Shown in pieces: positions 40,388 to 49,702 of a stretch of DNA of 60,969 nucleotides. The first letter of the stretch is position 1, and every line of letters starts with the position of its first letter. Source of the stretch: an uncultured Alphaproteobacteria bacterium. GTDB lineage: Bacteria > Pseudomonadota > Alphaproteobacteria > UBA11222. Where the stretch lies: assembly GCA_937888955.1 (NCBI GenBank), contig CALAQW010000086.1:1-60969 (forward strand), in the 5' to 3' direction. Both the position numbers and the translations under genes were made by a program. Under the pieces are notes generated by a model, which was not told the origin of the DNA, searched no databases, and was given only the letters and a program-made list of their open reading frames with translations.

Positions 40388-42025
40388 TCAGTTCTCCACC
40401 GCGCGGCCCTTCAGCGCGAACAGGCCCCTGGGCCGGCGCTGAATGAACAGGATGATGGCGACAAGCACGATAATCTTGCCAAGCACCGCCCCCGCATAGG
40501 GTTCGAGGAATTTATTCACAAGCCCAAGGCTCATACCGCCAAAGAACGTGCCCCACAGATTGCCGACCCCGCCAAACACGACCACCATGAAGGAATCAAC
40601 GATATAGGCCTGGCCGAGATTGGGGCTGACATTGTCGATCTGGCTGAGCGCCACACCGGCCATGCCGGCAATCCCGGAACCGAGCCCGAAAGTCAGCGCA
40701 TCGATCTGTCCGGTGCGGATGCCCATCGCACTCGCCATGCCGCGATTCTGGGTGACCGCGCGCATCCGCAGCCCGAAAGCGGTATAGCGCAGCAGCAGCA
40801 TCAAAATCGCCAGGACCGCAAGCGCGAAGAAGATAATCGCAAGCCGGTTATAGGTCAGCACGAGCCCGCTATCGAATTCGAGCGCGCCGCTCATCCAGCT
40901 CGGGGTGCCAACCTCCTTGTTGGTCGGCCCGAAGATCGAGCGCACGGTCTGCTGCAGGATAAGACTAAGCCCCCAGGTCGCAAGCAAGGTTTCAAGCGGC
41001 CGGCCATAGAGAAAACGGATCACCCCGCGTTCGATCCCGACCCCGACCGCGCCGGCAACCAGAAAGGCGGCCGGCACCGCGATAAACAGGGAATAATCAA
41101 ACAGGCCGGGATTGGTGGCGCGGATAATTTCCTGAATGATAAAGGTGGTATAGGCGCCCAGCATCACCATCTCGCCATGCGCCATATTGATAACCCCCAT
41201 CACCCCGAAAGTGATGGCAAGCCCGATCGCCGCGAGCAGCAGCACCGAACCGAGGCTGAGCCCGTGAAATATCGATTCGGCGATCGCCCAGAACTCAAGC
41301 CGGCTTTCCACCTCCGCAAGGGCGGTGGCGGCCGCCGCGCGCAATTGTGCATCCGCTTCAAGGGGGCTGCCGTCCTGATCTGTCAGAAGCACCGCGCTCA
41401 AGACGCCGCGCACCTCCTGATCGGTGAAGCTTCCCAGGGTCTTGACCGCCGCAATTCGGGCGGCCGGATCGGAATCGTGGCGCAGCGTCACCGCGGCGAG
41501 CGCGCGCTGCATCCGCCGCTGCACAGCTTCGTCAGTTTCCTTGGCGATCGCGGCGCGCAACAGGGGGGCATTTTCAGGGGCCGGCGTCTTGAAAACCGCA
41601 TCCGCACCGTTGCGGCGCTGATCGGGGTCGGGGCTGACAAGTGTCAGCGTGCCAAGCGCGCCCCTGATCTGCTTGCGCAGACGGTTATTGACCTTGATTT
41701 TCTCGGCTGCGCGTTTCCCGACGATATCGACCGGCGCGCCGGTAATCGGATCGAACAGCTGCAGCTCACGGCCGACCTTTTCGGCCCGGAATATCTTTTT
41801 GTCCGATTTACGCTGATAAAGCGCGCCCTCAAGCAGGGCAGACAAGACCGGAACGGCATCCGGATCACCGGTCGCGGCCAGCTCATCGACGGCGCGCGCC
41901 GTATCCTTGAAACCGCCTTCCGCGAGATTGGCGATCAGCGGCCCCAGATCCGCCGCCCGCAACGGCGCCGCAAGAAGCAGCGCCGCCATAAGCAAAACGG
42001 TCAGATATGCCAGACAACGTGGCAT
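40388..42025 (-). CDS. urtB: Urea ABC transporter permease UrtB with a ~250-aa N-terminal periplasmic extension
   Basis: LivH-like C-terminal permease. N-terminal signal peptide (MPRCLAYLTVLLMAALLLAAPLRA) followed by a helical-repeat region. Start at ATG 42025 with GGGGA upstream. Confidence 0.85.
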   Translation of the reverse strand: MPRCLAYLTVLLMAALLLAAPLRAADLGPLIANLAEGGFKDTARAVDELAATGDPDAVPVLSALLEGALYQRKSDKKIFRAEKVGRELQLFDPITGAPVDIVGKRAAEKIKVNNRLRKQIRGALGTLTLVSPDPDQRRNGADAVFKTPAPENAPLLRAAIAKETDEAVQRRMQRALAAVTLRHDSDPAARIAAVKTLGSFTDQEVRGVLSAVLLTDQDGSPLEADAQLRAAAATALAEVESRLEFWAIAESIFHGLSLGSVLLLAAIGLAITFGVMGVINMAHGEMVMLGAYTTFIIQEIIRATNPGLFDYSLFIAVPAAFLVAGAVGVGIERGVIRFLYGRPLETLLATWGLSLILQQTVRSIFGPTNKEVGTPSWMSGALEFDSGLVLTYNRLAIIFFALAVLAILMLLLRYTAFGLRMRAVTQNRGMASAMGIRTGQIDALTFGLGSGIAGMAGVALSQIDNVSPNLGQAYIVDSFMVVVFGGVGNLWGTFFGGMSLGLVNKFLEPYAGAVLGKIIVLVAIILFIQRRPRGLFALKGRAVEN

Positions 42026-42162
42026 GAATTCCCCATTGCAAGATAGATACAGTAAGGACAACGCCCCGATCGCTGTCCGGTATGACACGGCCGCGCCCCG
42101 CCTGGAACGCGGCCTGTGCCTTCCTGTTTAACGCAAAATCAGCGCCCTGTCAGTCGGCAGCT

Positions 42163-42204
42163 GGATATCCCGGCGCGCGGCGCAAAACCCCGCCCGGGAT
42201 ATCC
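42163..42204 (-). other. Intercistronic stem-loop (11-bp perfect arms GGATATCCCGG/CCGGGATATCC) between urtA and urtB
   Basis: Read directly from the sequence. A second 7-bp hairpin (GGCCGCG/CGCGGCC) lies at about 42090-42115. Confidence 0.5.
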
Positions 42205-42213
42205 GGCCCGCGA

Positions 42214-43503
42214 TCAGGACCCCTTGCCGCCGCATTTGCCGGTTTCGGTGTTGAAATTGCCGCACGACATGGGCGCGCGCCAATCGGCAATCAGATCCTT
42301 GGAGTCCGGCAGATAGTCCGACCATTCATCGCCAACGACCAGCCCGGAGGTTTCCCACACGGTTTCAAACTGGCCGTCTTCCTGAATTTCGCCAATCAGC
42401 ACAGGCTTTGTGATGTGATGGTTCGGCATCATCGCGGAATAACCGCCCGACAGGTTGGGTACCGATACGCCGATAATCGCATCAATCACCGCGTCAGGAT
42501 CAGTGGTGCCGGCCTTTTCGACCGCCTTCACCCACATATTGAAGCCGATATAATGGGCTTCCATCGGGTCATTGGTCACGCGCTTGTCGCTTTTGATGAA
42601 GCTGTGCCAATTCTCGATGAATTCGGCATTGACCTCGGTATCGACGGACTGGAAATAGTTCCAGGCAGCCAGATGACCAACCAGCGGCCCGGTGTCGAGA
42701 CCGGCGAGTTCTTCCTCACCGACCGAGAAGGCGACAACCGGAATATCCTCGGCCTTGATGCCCTGATTGCCAAGCTCCTTGTAGAACGGCACATTGGCAT
42801 CGCCATTGATGGTTGATACCACGGCGGTTTTCTTGCCGGCCGCGCCGAACTTCTTGATGTCGGACACGATCGTCTGCCAGTCGGAATGACCGAACGGGGT
42901 GTAGTTGATCATGATATCGTCCGCCGCGACGCCTTTCGCCTTCAGATAGGCTTCAAGGATCTTGTTGGTCGTGCGCGGATAGACATAGTCGGTGCCCGCC
43001 AGAACCCAGCGCTTCACACCGATTTCATTCATCAGATAATCGACCGCGGGAATCGCCTGCTGGTTCGGCGCAGCGCCCGTGTAGAAGACATTGCGCTGGC
43101 TTTCCTCGCCCTCATACTGCACCGGATAGAACAGCAGATTGTTCAGCTCCTCGAACACCGGCAGCACGGATTTGCGCGACACGCTGGTCCAGCAGCCAAA
43201 CACCGCCGACACATCATTGACCGAAATCAGCTCGCGCGCCTTTTCAGCAAATAGCGGCCAGTCAGACGCCGGATCGACGACAACCGGCTCCAGCTTCTTG
43301 CCAAGAAGCCCGCCTTTTTTGTTCTGTTCCTCGATCAGCATCAGCATGACGTCCTTCAGCGTGGTTTCGCTGATCGCCATGGTGCCGGACAGAGAATGCA
43401 GGATGCCGACCTTGATGGTCTCCTCGGCCTGCGCCAGGCTTGCGGACAGGCCCGCGCCGATCATCGCCGCGCCGGCAATTGTATTACGTAAAAACTGCTT
43501 CAT
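42214..43503 (-). CDS. urtA: Urea ABC transporter substrate-binding protein UrtA
   Basis: 429 aa. Signal peptide, then IKVGILHSLSGTMAISE, which is typical of UrtA. Confidence 0.9.
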   Translation of the reverse strand: MKQFLRNTIAGAAMIGAGLSASLAQAEETIKVGILHSLSGTMAISETTLKDVMLMLIEEQNKKGGLLGKKLEPVVVDPASDWPLFAEKARELISVNDVSAVFGCWTSVSRKSVLPVFEELNNLLFYPVQYEGEESQRNVFYTGAAPNQQAIPAVDYLMNEIGVKRWVLAGTDYVYPRTTNKILEAYLKAKGVAADDIMINYTPFGHSDWQTIVSDIKKFGAAGKKTAVVSTINGDANVPFYKELGNQGIKAEDIPVVAFSVGEEELAGLDTGPLVGHLAAWNYFQSVDTEVNAEFIENWHSFIKSDKRVTNDPMEAHYIGFNMWVKAVEKAGTTDPDAVIDAIIGVSVPNLSGGYSAMMPNHHITKPVLIGEIQEDGQFETVWETSGLVVGDEWSDYLPDSKDLIADWRAPMSCGNFNTETGKCGGKGS

Positions 43504-43547
43504 TGCTTCCCCTCTCCCTTCGTCGGGTGTTGATCAGGACTCAAGAG

Positions 43548-43563
43548 AGCAAAGGCCGTGCCA
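43548..43563 (-). promoter_or_regulatory. Sigma-54 (RpoN) -24/-12 promoter for the urt-ure operon
   Basis: The minus strand reads TGGCACGGCCTTTGCT. This is an exact match to TGGCAC-N5-TTGCW, with the -12 element 45 nt upstream of the urtA ATG. Confidence 0.7.
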
Positions 43564-43618
43564 ACCGGTGCGAAGCCGTTGTGCAACGGGCAGGTGGGCC
43601 TGCCCGATCCCACTTATC

Positions 43619-43645
43619 GCCCTAAATACCCGCAACAATTAGGGC
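43619..43645. repeat. Inverted repeat GCCCTAA-N13-TTAGGGC, 55-95 nt upstream of the sigma-54 core; candidate enhancer-binding-protein site
   Basis: Read directly from the sequence. Any function is inferred. Confidence 0.35.
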
Positions 43646-43686
43646 TGCCGCACCAGCGATGATTAATTTATAAGCATATGACATTT

Positions 43687-43715
43687 TTATGATGCCTGTT
43701 TCTTAGGCATCATAA
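43687..43715. repeat. AT-rich perfect 11-bp inverted repeat TTATGATGCCT-N7-AGGCATCATAA in the olsA/urtA intergenic AT island
   Basis: Read directly from the sequence. No U-tract follows on either strand. Confidence 0.5.
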
Positions 43716-43743
43716 GTGTAACCTGGGCAGGCCGACGGGTCGG

Positions 43744-44598
43744 TCAGTCCACGGCCTGTTCAAAGGCTGCTTCAGGGGCTGCTTCGGGCCAGCCGGGCGC
43801 ATCCTGACCATGCAACTCAGAGGGCACCCCTATCGGCAGCGCACAGAGCTGATGCAGCCCCTGCCGGATCTGCGTCTGACAGGCCACCGCCAGACGCTTG
43901 CGATCAATTTGTCGCTGATCGAGACGTAAAGGCGGATGGAACCGCAAATGCGCCTGTCCGCGCCGCCATTGCAGCAATTGCCATAGATGCGGCAATAGCG
44001 ACATATCCCCGTACCAGGCCGGCCGTAAATCGACGCCTGCCCGTGACGGGTGGGGATAGGCAATGGTCACCGGCTGAATGCGCAGGCCCGGGATATCCTG
44101 CGCCAGCCCAAGCAGGGCGGATTTGAACGGCAGCACATCGGTTCCATCGCTGCTTGTCCCTTCGGGAAACAGAATGACCCGCCCGCCCGCCGCAAGCCGG
44201 CTGCGGATCTGCGCGGCTTCATCGCGCGTACTGGCGGCGCGGCGGCTGACAAATAATGTTCCGCCCAGTTCGGCAAGCGTTCCGAATAACGGCCAGTCCC
44301 GCACCTCCGACTTGGCAACAAAGGTCACATCAAGCTGCTGACCGAGCAGCAGAATGTCGAGATAGGAAATATGATTGGCCAGATAGAGCACCGGCCCCTC
44401 GGTGACCGGCAGACCGGACCGTACAAGCCGCAGACCGATCAGCCGGCTTGATGCGCTGAACCAGAATTTTGCGACCGGGCGCGAACCCTGACCGCGCCCC
44501 AGACCGCTGACCCGGTAGACCGCCATCGCGATCAAGGTCAGCGCGAAAAATATCAGCAGCCGGCAAAAGGCGCGGCTGGCACCAATCGGATCGTTCAT
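43744..44598 (-). CDS. olsA: Lyso-ornithine lipid O-acyltransferase (PlsC-family acyltransferase)
   Basis: NHISYLD (HX4D) and FPEGTSS motifs. It lies directly downstream of an olsB-like gene with a 4-nt overlap. Confidence 0.65.
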   Translation of the reverse strand: MNDPIGASRAFCRLLIFFALTLIAMAVYRVSGLGRGQGSRPVAKFWFSASSRLIGLRLVRSGLPVTEGPVLYLANHISYLDILLLGQQLDVTFVAKSEVRDWPLFGTLAELGGTLFVSRRAASTRDEAAQIRSRLAAGGRVILFPEGTSSDGTDVLPFKSALLGLAQDIPGLRIQPVTIAYPHPSRAGVDLRPAWYGDMSLLPHLWQLLQWRRGQAHLRFHPPLRLDQRQIDRKRLAVACQTQIRQGLHQLCALPIGVPSELHGQDAPGWPEAAPEAAFEQAVD

Positions 44599-45392
44599 GC
44601 GGCATTCGCCATCACAGCGCCAGGCTGATAGCGGCGAGCATAGCTGTCGCTCAGATTTTCGGTCTCGATCATCACGCAGATATCGGTGGTGTTGAACTGC
44701 GTATCGATCACCGCTCCGTCGCCAACATGGCAGCCCGCGCTCAGATAGCCGCGAATAAGCGGCGGCATCTGCCGCAGCGCCCGCCGCCGGTCGGGCAAAA
44801 CGCCGCCAAGCCGCCGCATGGAGATATATTGCCCGTGTCGCGCCCGCGGGCGCAATGTTTCAGGCGCCAGGCAATGGGCATCGAGAAAGGCCAGTGCCTC
44901 GGCGACCGCATCGGGATCGGTGCCGGGAAAACTCGCACAGCCGAACATCAACCGTATGTCGTAGTTGGCGATATAGTTGCCCAACCCGCGCCACAACATG
45001 TCGAGGATCGCCCGGTTGCGATATTCGGGATGCACGCAGGAGCGGCCAAGCTCGACGATTTCGCCGGGAATCTGCTTGAGATTGCACAGATCGAATTCGG
45101 ATTCGGTGTAAAATTCCTGATTCCCGGGCAAACGCGACCGCCGCGTCAGCCGGTAAGTACCGACAACCCCCGGCGTCCGGTCACTGCGCGCGCAATGGTC
45201 AATGACAAGCAGGTGATCGCATAGCGAATCGAAAAGATCGCAATCACGCGCCATTGCCGCTGTCTCGGGCGCGGGCCGCGCCCCCATTTCTTCATAGAAA
45301 ACCTGATATCGCAGGCGCTGCGCCGCCTGCACTTCCGCCTTGTGCCGCGCGAGGCGAACCTCGAAACGCTGTGGCGGCATCCGACTGACCAT
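44595..45392 (-). CDS. olsB: Ornithine N-acyltransferase-like GNAT (OlsB family)
   Basis: FEVRLARHKAEVQAAQRLRYQVFYEEMGA N-terminus typical of OlsB/hemolysin-like acyltransferases. Start at ATG 45392 or 45380. Confidence 0.65.
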   Translation of the reverse strand: MVSRMPPQRFEVRLARHKAEVQAAQRLRYQVFYEEMGARPAPETAAMARDCDLFDSLCDHLLVIDHCARSDRTPGVVGTYRLTRRSRLPGNQEFYTESEFDLCNLKQIPGEIVELGRSCVHPEYRNRAILDMLWRGLGNYIANYDIRLMFGCASFPGTDPDAVAEALAFLDAHCLAPETLRPRARHGQYISMRRLGGVLPDRRRALRQMPPLIRGYLSAGCHVGDGAVIDTQFNTTDICVMIETENLSDSYARRYQPGAVMANAA

Positions 45393-45541
45393 AAGCTTTC
45401 CGCCTGATTTTCGTCTGTTGGTTGGTAAGACGATGGCAAACTTAGGGGGTGCAGATGAGCTTTCCGCGACAAAGGGATGACAGAAAGGTGACCAAAATGC
45501 CCCGCGCAGCGCGGCTATTTCCTTGCTAATCCGCGGCCATA

Positions 45542-46180
45542 TCAACCACTGATCAGTTCCGGCGCAGCGGGATCGCCAACATCGCGCAATGCGCCCTTGG
45601 CAATATCGAAATGCCAGCCATGCAGGGCCAGCGTGCCTTTTTCCACCCGCTCGGCAATCCAGGGAAAGCTTCGCAAATTCTCAACCGACTGACGTACAGT
45701 CGCAAATTCCAGTTGCCGTTCGGCTTCTTCCTGCGGCAGATCCGGATATTCCGACAGCATCCGGTCGCGCACAGCGGCCACAGAAGACAGCCAGGGTCCG
45801 ATGAAATCGCTGCTCGTGCGATCCTTGTCGGCACCTGCCAACAGCGCCGCCACGCCGCCGCAATAACCATGGCCCAGCACGATGACATGCTCGACCCCCA
45901 GGTTTGTGACGCCGAATTCAAGCGCCGCACTGGTGCCGTGACAGGCGGTATCGGGCTGAAATGGCGGCACCAGGCTCGCCACATTGCGTACCAGAAAAAT
46001 CTCGCCGGGTTCCGCGCCGAAGATAATGGTCGGATCGACCCGGCTGTCCGAGCAGGCAATCATCAGAATTTTGGGCGACTGCCCTTCGCTCACCAGACGC
46101 TGATAATGCGGCTGTTGTTCGGGAAATTTATCCGCACGGTAGGCACGCGCGCGCGCGATGAGCTGTTCCAGTGTCTGCAT
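45542..46180 (-). CDS. can: Beta-class carbonic anhydrase
   Basis: CSDSRVDP and VLGHGYCGG zinc-ligand motifs. Confidence 0.9.
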   Translation of the reverse strand: MQTLEQLIARARAYRADKFPEQQPHYQRLVSEGQSPKILMIACSDSRVDPTIIFGAEPGEIFLVRNVASLVPPFQPDTACHGTSAALEFGVTNLGVEHVIVLGHGYCGGVAALLAGADKDRTSSDFIGPWLSSVAAVRDRMLSEYPDLPQEEAERQLEFATVRQSVENLRSFPWIAERVEKGTLALHGWHFDIAKGALRDVGDPAAPELISG

Positions 46181-46316
46181 GGGCGCAAATCAACCTTTCA
46201 ATAATCTGAATGTCAGTTGCTTACGGACGAGCCGCCAGGACACCAACCCACATATAGCAGGGTCATTATGCCAGGCGTCATCGCCACTATCGGCACACCC
46301 TGTCAACGGCGATGCC

Positions 46317-46403
46317 TGGTGCCCCCGGTCCGACTCGAACGGACACTCTCTTGCGAGAACCAGATTTTGAGTCTGGCGTGTCTACCAATTCCACCACAGG
46401 GGC
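46317..46403 (-). tRNA. tRNA-Leu (anticodon CAA), 87 nt including encoded CCA, long variable arm
   Basis: Folded by hand. Acceptor GCCCCTG/CGGGGGC, anticodon stem CCAGA/TCTGG with loop CUCAAAA, T-arm GTCCG-TTCGAGT-CGGAC. Confidence 0.9.
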
Positions 46404-46462
46404 ATTGCATCGGCGGTATGCCGCAGGGGCACACCACTTTGCTGTGTATAGGCAGAGCCGGC

Positions 46463-46490
46463 ATCATAGGCAAGCCGCCACTGCCGTCAA
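46463..46490 (-). promoter_or_regulatory. Candidate sigma-70 promoter for tRNA-Leu (TTGACG-N16-TATGAT)
   Basis: Minus-strand hexamers read directly from the sequence. The -10 lies about 60 nt upstream of the mature tRNA 5' end. Confidence 0.35.
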
Positions 46491-46603
46491 TCGGACAATT
46501 TACCACCTGAAATCGCACATCCCGCGCGACAAGACGGCCACGCCCGATTTTGCAGCTCAACGCGCAAATGGACAGCCGCCGCGCGCGCTGCTACCAGTGC
46601 GCC

Positions 46604-47185
46604 ATGTTACGCGCGAGCTATGACTGGACAATGCAGATGGCAAACCGCCCCGGCGCCATGTGGGCGATCGCGGTCATTGCATTTGTCGAAAGCTCATTTT
46701 TCCCCATACCGCCCGATGTGATGCTGATCCCGATGGTGCTCGCCGCGCCAACCCGCGCCTGGCGCATCGCGGCAGTTTGCACCATCGCCTCGGTCCTGGG
46801 CGGGGTCGCGGGTTACGGGATCGGCTATTTCCTCTATGAATCGGTAGCCGCGCCGATCATCGGATTTTACGGCTATCAGGACAAGTTTTCGCAATTTGCG
46901 GGCTATTACAATGCCTATGGCCCATGGATCGTGTTCGGCGCGGGGCTCACCCCCTTCCCCTATAAGGTGATCACCATCGCCAGCGGCATCACCCAGCTTG
47001 AACCGATGACCTTTCTGCTGGCTTCCCTCCTGTCACGCGGCCTGCGGTTTTTCATCGTGGCGGCCCTGTTGTGGAAATTCGGCGCCCCGATCCGGCGTTT
47101 CATCGACAAATATCTGGGCCTGTTGACACTCCTGCTCTTTGTCTTGCTGTTCGGCGGCTTCCTGATCTTCCGGCTGTTGTTTTAG
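46604..47185 (+). CDS. YqaA/DedA-family (SNARE-associated) membrane protein
   Basis: FVESSFFPIPPDVMLIPM and PFPYKVITIASG motifs. Confidence 0.7.
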   Translation: MLRASYDWTMQMANRPGAMWAIAVIAFVESSFFPIPPDVMLIPMVLAAPTRAWRIAAVCTIASVLGGVAGYGIGYFLYESVAAPIIGFYGYQDKFSQFAGYYNAYGPWIVFGAGLTPFPYKVITIASGITQLEPMTFLLASLLSRGLRFFIVAALLWKFGAPIRRFIDKYLGLLTLLLFVLLFGGFLIFRLLF

Positions 47186-47323
47186 ATAAAACACCGGCGG
47201 CAACAGGCTTTACGGCGCAACAACACTCCTTAATACTTCTCCGTGTAATAAATGCGTCACAGCAGGTTTGACCCGTTCATGCCAGGACAGGTTTTTTGCG
47301 CGGAGGCCATAGGGGGCGAGACA

Positions 47324-49702
47324 ATGCCGCAAGCGGCAACGGAAAAGGCGGAAATCGAGCGGCAACAGGTCGCCTTTCTGTCGCGCATGACGAATGTGAA
47401 TGCGGGAGCAACAATCGCGATTGCATTGTTCAGCGCGATTCTACTTTGGCAATTCGTGCCCCAGATCGGGTGGCTTTGCGTGTGGCTGGCCTACAGCCTT
47501 TTGCTTTCTTCGATGCTGTTCTTGCGGCAAAGGCGCATCGAGGGCAGCGGCGTGGGCTCGCCAAACCCAGGCCGGCGCGCACTTAATCATGCATTTTTCT
47601 GGGCGCTCAGTGCGGGGATCGGCTGGGGCAGTCTTGCCCTGTTCATGCCAAGCCTCAACCCGACCCAGCAACTGGCGGTGACCATCGTCATTTGCGCGAT
47701 GGCCAGCGGCGCGGCGTCGACGCTTGGCCCGATTCCCCGGGTCGCGGCAGCATTCATTATCACAACCCTTGCCCCCATCATCATCTTCTTCTTGCTGCAG
47801 GGCGGTGTCACATTTTTCGCGCTGGCCGGGATGGGAGCTGTATTTGCGCTGACCCTGCTGGGGGTGACGCGGGTCATCTATGGCATCTTTATTGAGTCGG
47901 TATTCAACCGGCGACAGAATGCGGCCCTCCTGCATCAGATCAAGCGCGAGCGCGAACAGGCCGCCGCCGATCTCTCGCAAAGCGAGGCGCGATTCCGCGA
48001 TCTTGTGGAAAATGTCGGCGATATGATCCAGAGCGTCGACGCGGAAGGCCGTTATGACTTTGTCAATAAAGCCTGGCTCGAGATGATGGGCTACGGCCCT
48101 GAGGATATCGTGAATCTCAGCTTTGTTGATACCATCCACCCCGATGAGCACGCCCATTGCCGCGCGATTTTCGAGCGGCTCGCGCAACATGAACAGGTCG
48201 GACCGGTACACACGACATTCCTCACCAAGGACGGCCGTTCCATTCCTGTGGAAGGCAGCGTCAGCGCCCTGTTCGAGGGTGAAAAACTCGCCGGCACGCG
48301 GGGTATTTTCCGGGACGTCACCCTGCGCCGGCAATCCGATCAGCGCGCGGCGCGCAATCGCGCGGCCCTGCAGGAGGCGGTGGCGCGCGCAACCGTTGAT
48401 CTTGCAACAGCCAATGAAGATCTCCAGCGCGAAATCGCCGAACGCCGCCAGGCCGAAATCGTCGCCCGCGAAAGTCAGGCGCAGCTGCGGCTGATCCTCG
48501 ATTCGACGGCCGAGGGGATTTACGGGGTCGATCGGGACGGGCGGTGCGTGTTCGCCAATCTCGCCTGTGCACAGCTGCTTGGTTTCGATGATGCGGTGGA
48601 ATTACTGGGCGCGGATATGCACGCGATTGCCCATGGCGCGCGCCACGGGCGCGGCATGAATGATCACCGTGAGGAGCCGGACTGCAAAATCTGCGCCGTG
48701 CATCTGTCCGGTTCGGCAACCAGGTCGTCCGACGACGAATTTTTCACCCGCGAAGATGGCAGTGAATTTGTCGTGGAATATCTTGCCAACCCGATATTGG
48801 GCAATGGCAAGGTCGACGGCGCGGTGGTGACATTCTTCGATGCGACACGGCGACATGCGGTCGAGGAGCAGCTTCGTCAGTCGCAGAAAATGCAGGCCAT
48901 CGGGCAATTGACCGGCGGCATTGCCCATGATTTCAACAATCTGCTGTCGGTCATCACCGGCAATATCGACTTGCTGACAAGCTGCCTCAACGATATCCCG
49001 TCTTTGTCGGCAAAGACCCGTGACGAAATTGAACGCCGCGCGATGGCGGCGGGCCGCGCCGCCGATCGCGGCGCCGAGCTGACCGCACGCCTGCTCAGCT
49101 TTTCACGCCGCGAGGCACATCGTCCGGCAATCCTCGACGTGACCGAACCGATCGCCCACATCGCCGATATTCTGCGCCATACGATCGGGTCGGAAATTCA
49201 GTTGGAGATGCAAATCGAGGATGCGCCATGGCCGGTCTTCGCCGATGCCACCGATTTTGAAAATGTGCTGCTCAATCTGGCGATCAATGCGCGCGACGCC
49301 ATGCCGCATGGCGGCAATCTGACCCTGAAACTGGATAATTACAATTTAGCGGTCCCATTTGTCGGCAGTCGTGTCTGGGTTCCGCCCGGCAACTATCTGC
49401 GCATCAGCCTGAGCGATACGGGCATCGGCATGTCCAAGGACGTGTTGCAGCGCGTATTCGAACCGTTTTTCACGACCAAGGAAGCGGGGAAGGGCACCGG
49501 CCTTGGCATGGCCATGGTGTTCGGCTTCGTCGAACAATCAAAAGGCTATATCGGCATTGAAAGCGAGGTGGGGAAAGGGACCGAGATTACCATCTATCTG
49601 CCTGCCGTTACCGAACAGTCGCAACACGCCGCGGCCGGACAATATCGGACGGCGGCAATGGATCCCGGATCAGGCAAGGTGATATCGAACCGCGCATCCT
49701 GA
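47324..49702 (+). CDS. Membrane-anchored PAS/PAS sensor histidine kinase (no receiver domain)
   Basis: About 6 N-terminal TM segments, two PAS-like regions, an H-box (GGIAHDFNNLLSVITGN) and a HATPase region (NLAINARDAM, GTGLGMAMV). GGGGGCGAG SD before ATG 47324. Confidence 0.85.
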   Translation: MPQAATEKAEIERQQVAFLSRMTNVNAGATIAIALFSAILLWQFVPQIGWLCVWLAYSLLLSSMLFLRQRRIEGSGVGSPNPGRRALNHAFFWALSAGIGWGSLALFMPSLNPTQQLAVTIVICAMASGAASTLGPIPRVAAAFIITTLAPIIIFFLLQGGVTFFALAGMGAVFALTLLGVTRVIYGIFIESVFNRRQNAALLHQIKREREQAAADLSQSEARFRDLVENVGDMIQSVDAEGRYDFVNKAWLEMMGYGPEDIVNLSFVDTIHPDEHAHCRAIFERLAQHEQVGPVHTTFLTKDGRSIPVEGSVSALFEGEKLAGTRGIFRDVTLRRQSDQRAARNRAALQEAVARATVDLATANEDLQREIAERRQAEIVARESQAQLRLILDSTAEGIYGVDRDGRCVFANLACAQLLGFDDAVELLGADMHAIAHGARHGRGMNDHREEPDCKICAVHLSGSATRSSDDEFFTREDGSEFVVEYLANPILGNGKVDGAVVTFFDATRRHAVEEQLRQSQKMQAIGQLTGGIAHDFNNLLSVITGNIDLLTSCLNDIPSLSAKTRDEIERRAMAAGRAADRGAELTARLLSFSRREAHRPAILDVTEPIAHIADILRHTIGSEIQLEMQIEDAPWPVFADATDFENVLLNLAINARDAMPHGGNLTLKLDNYNLAVPFVGSRVWVPPGNYLRISLSDTGIGMSKDVLQRVFEPFFTTKEAGKGTGLGMAMVFGFVEQSKGYIGIESEVGKGTEITIYLPAVTEQSQHAAAGQYRTAAMDPGSGKVISNRAS

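Noticed and set aside
39215-42046. 943-aa ORF on the plus strand, the longest ORF in the window
   Set aside because: It is antisense to urtC and urtB. Its composition is dominated by R/H/Q/G/D/P and no domain is recognisable. The opposite strand encodes well-conserved permeases.
43566-43660. NtrC binding sites (TGCACC-N5-GGTGCA type) upstream of the sigma-54 promoter
   Set aside because: Only partial half-sites are visible by eye (GGTGCG, TGCAAC, GCACCA). No convincing dyad is present, so I made no feature call.
43687-43715. 11-bp AT-rich hairpin as the intrinsic terminator of olsBA
   Set aside because: Neither strand has a U-tract after the stem (the minus transcript continues AAAAUGUC). 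I kept it as an inverted repeat or possible protein site, not a terminator.
46181-46603. tRNA-Leu as an integration hotspot for a genomic island
   Set aside because: No integrase, no direct repeat of the tRNA 3' end and no compositional break were seen on either side. The flanking genes (can, olsBA, yqaA-like) are ordinary core genes.
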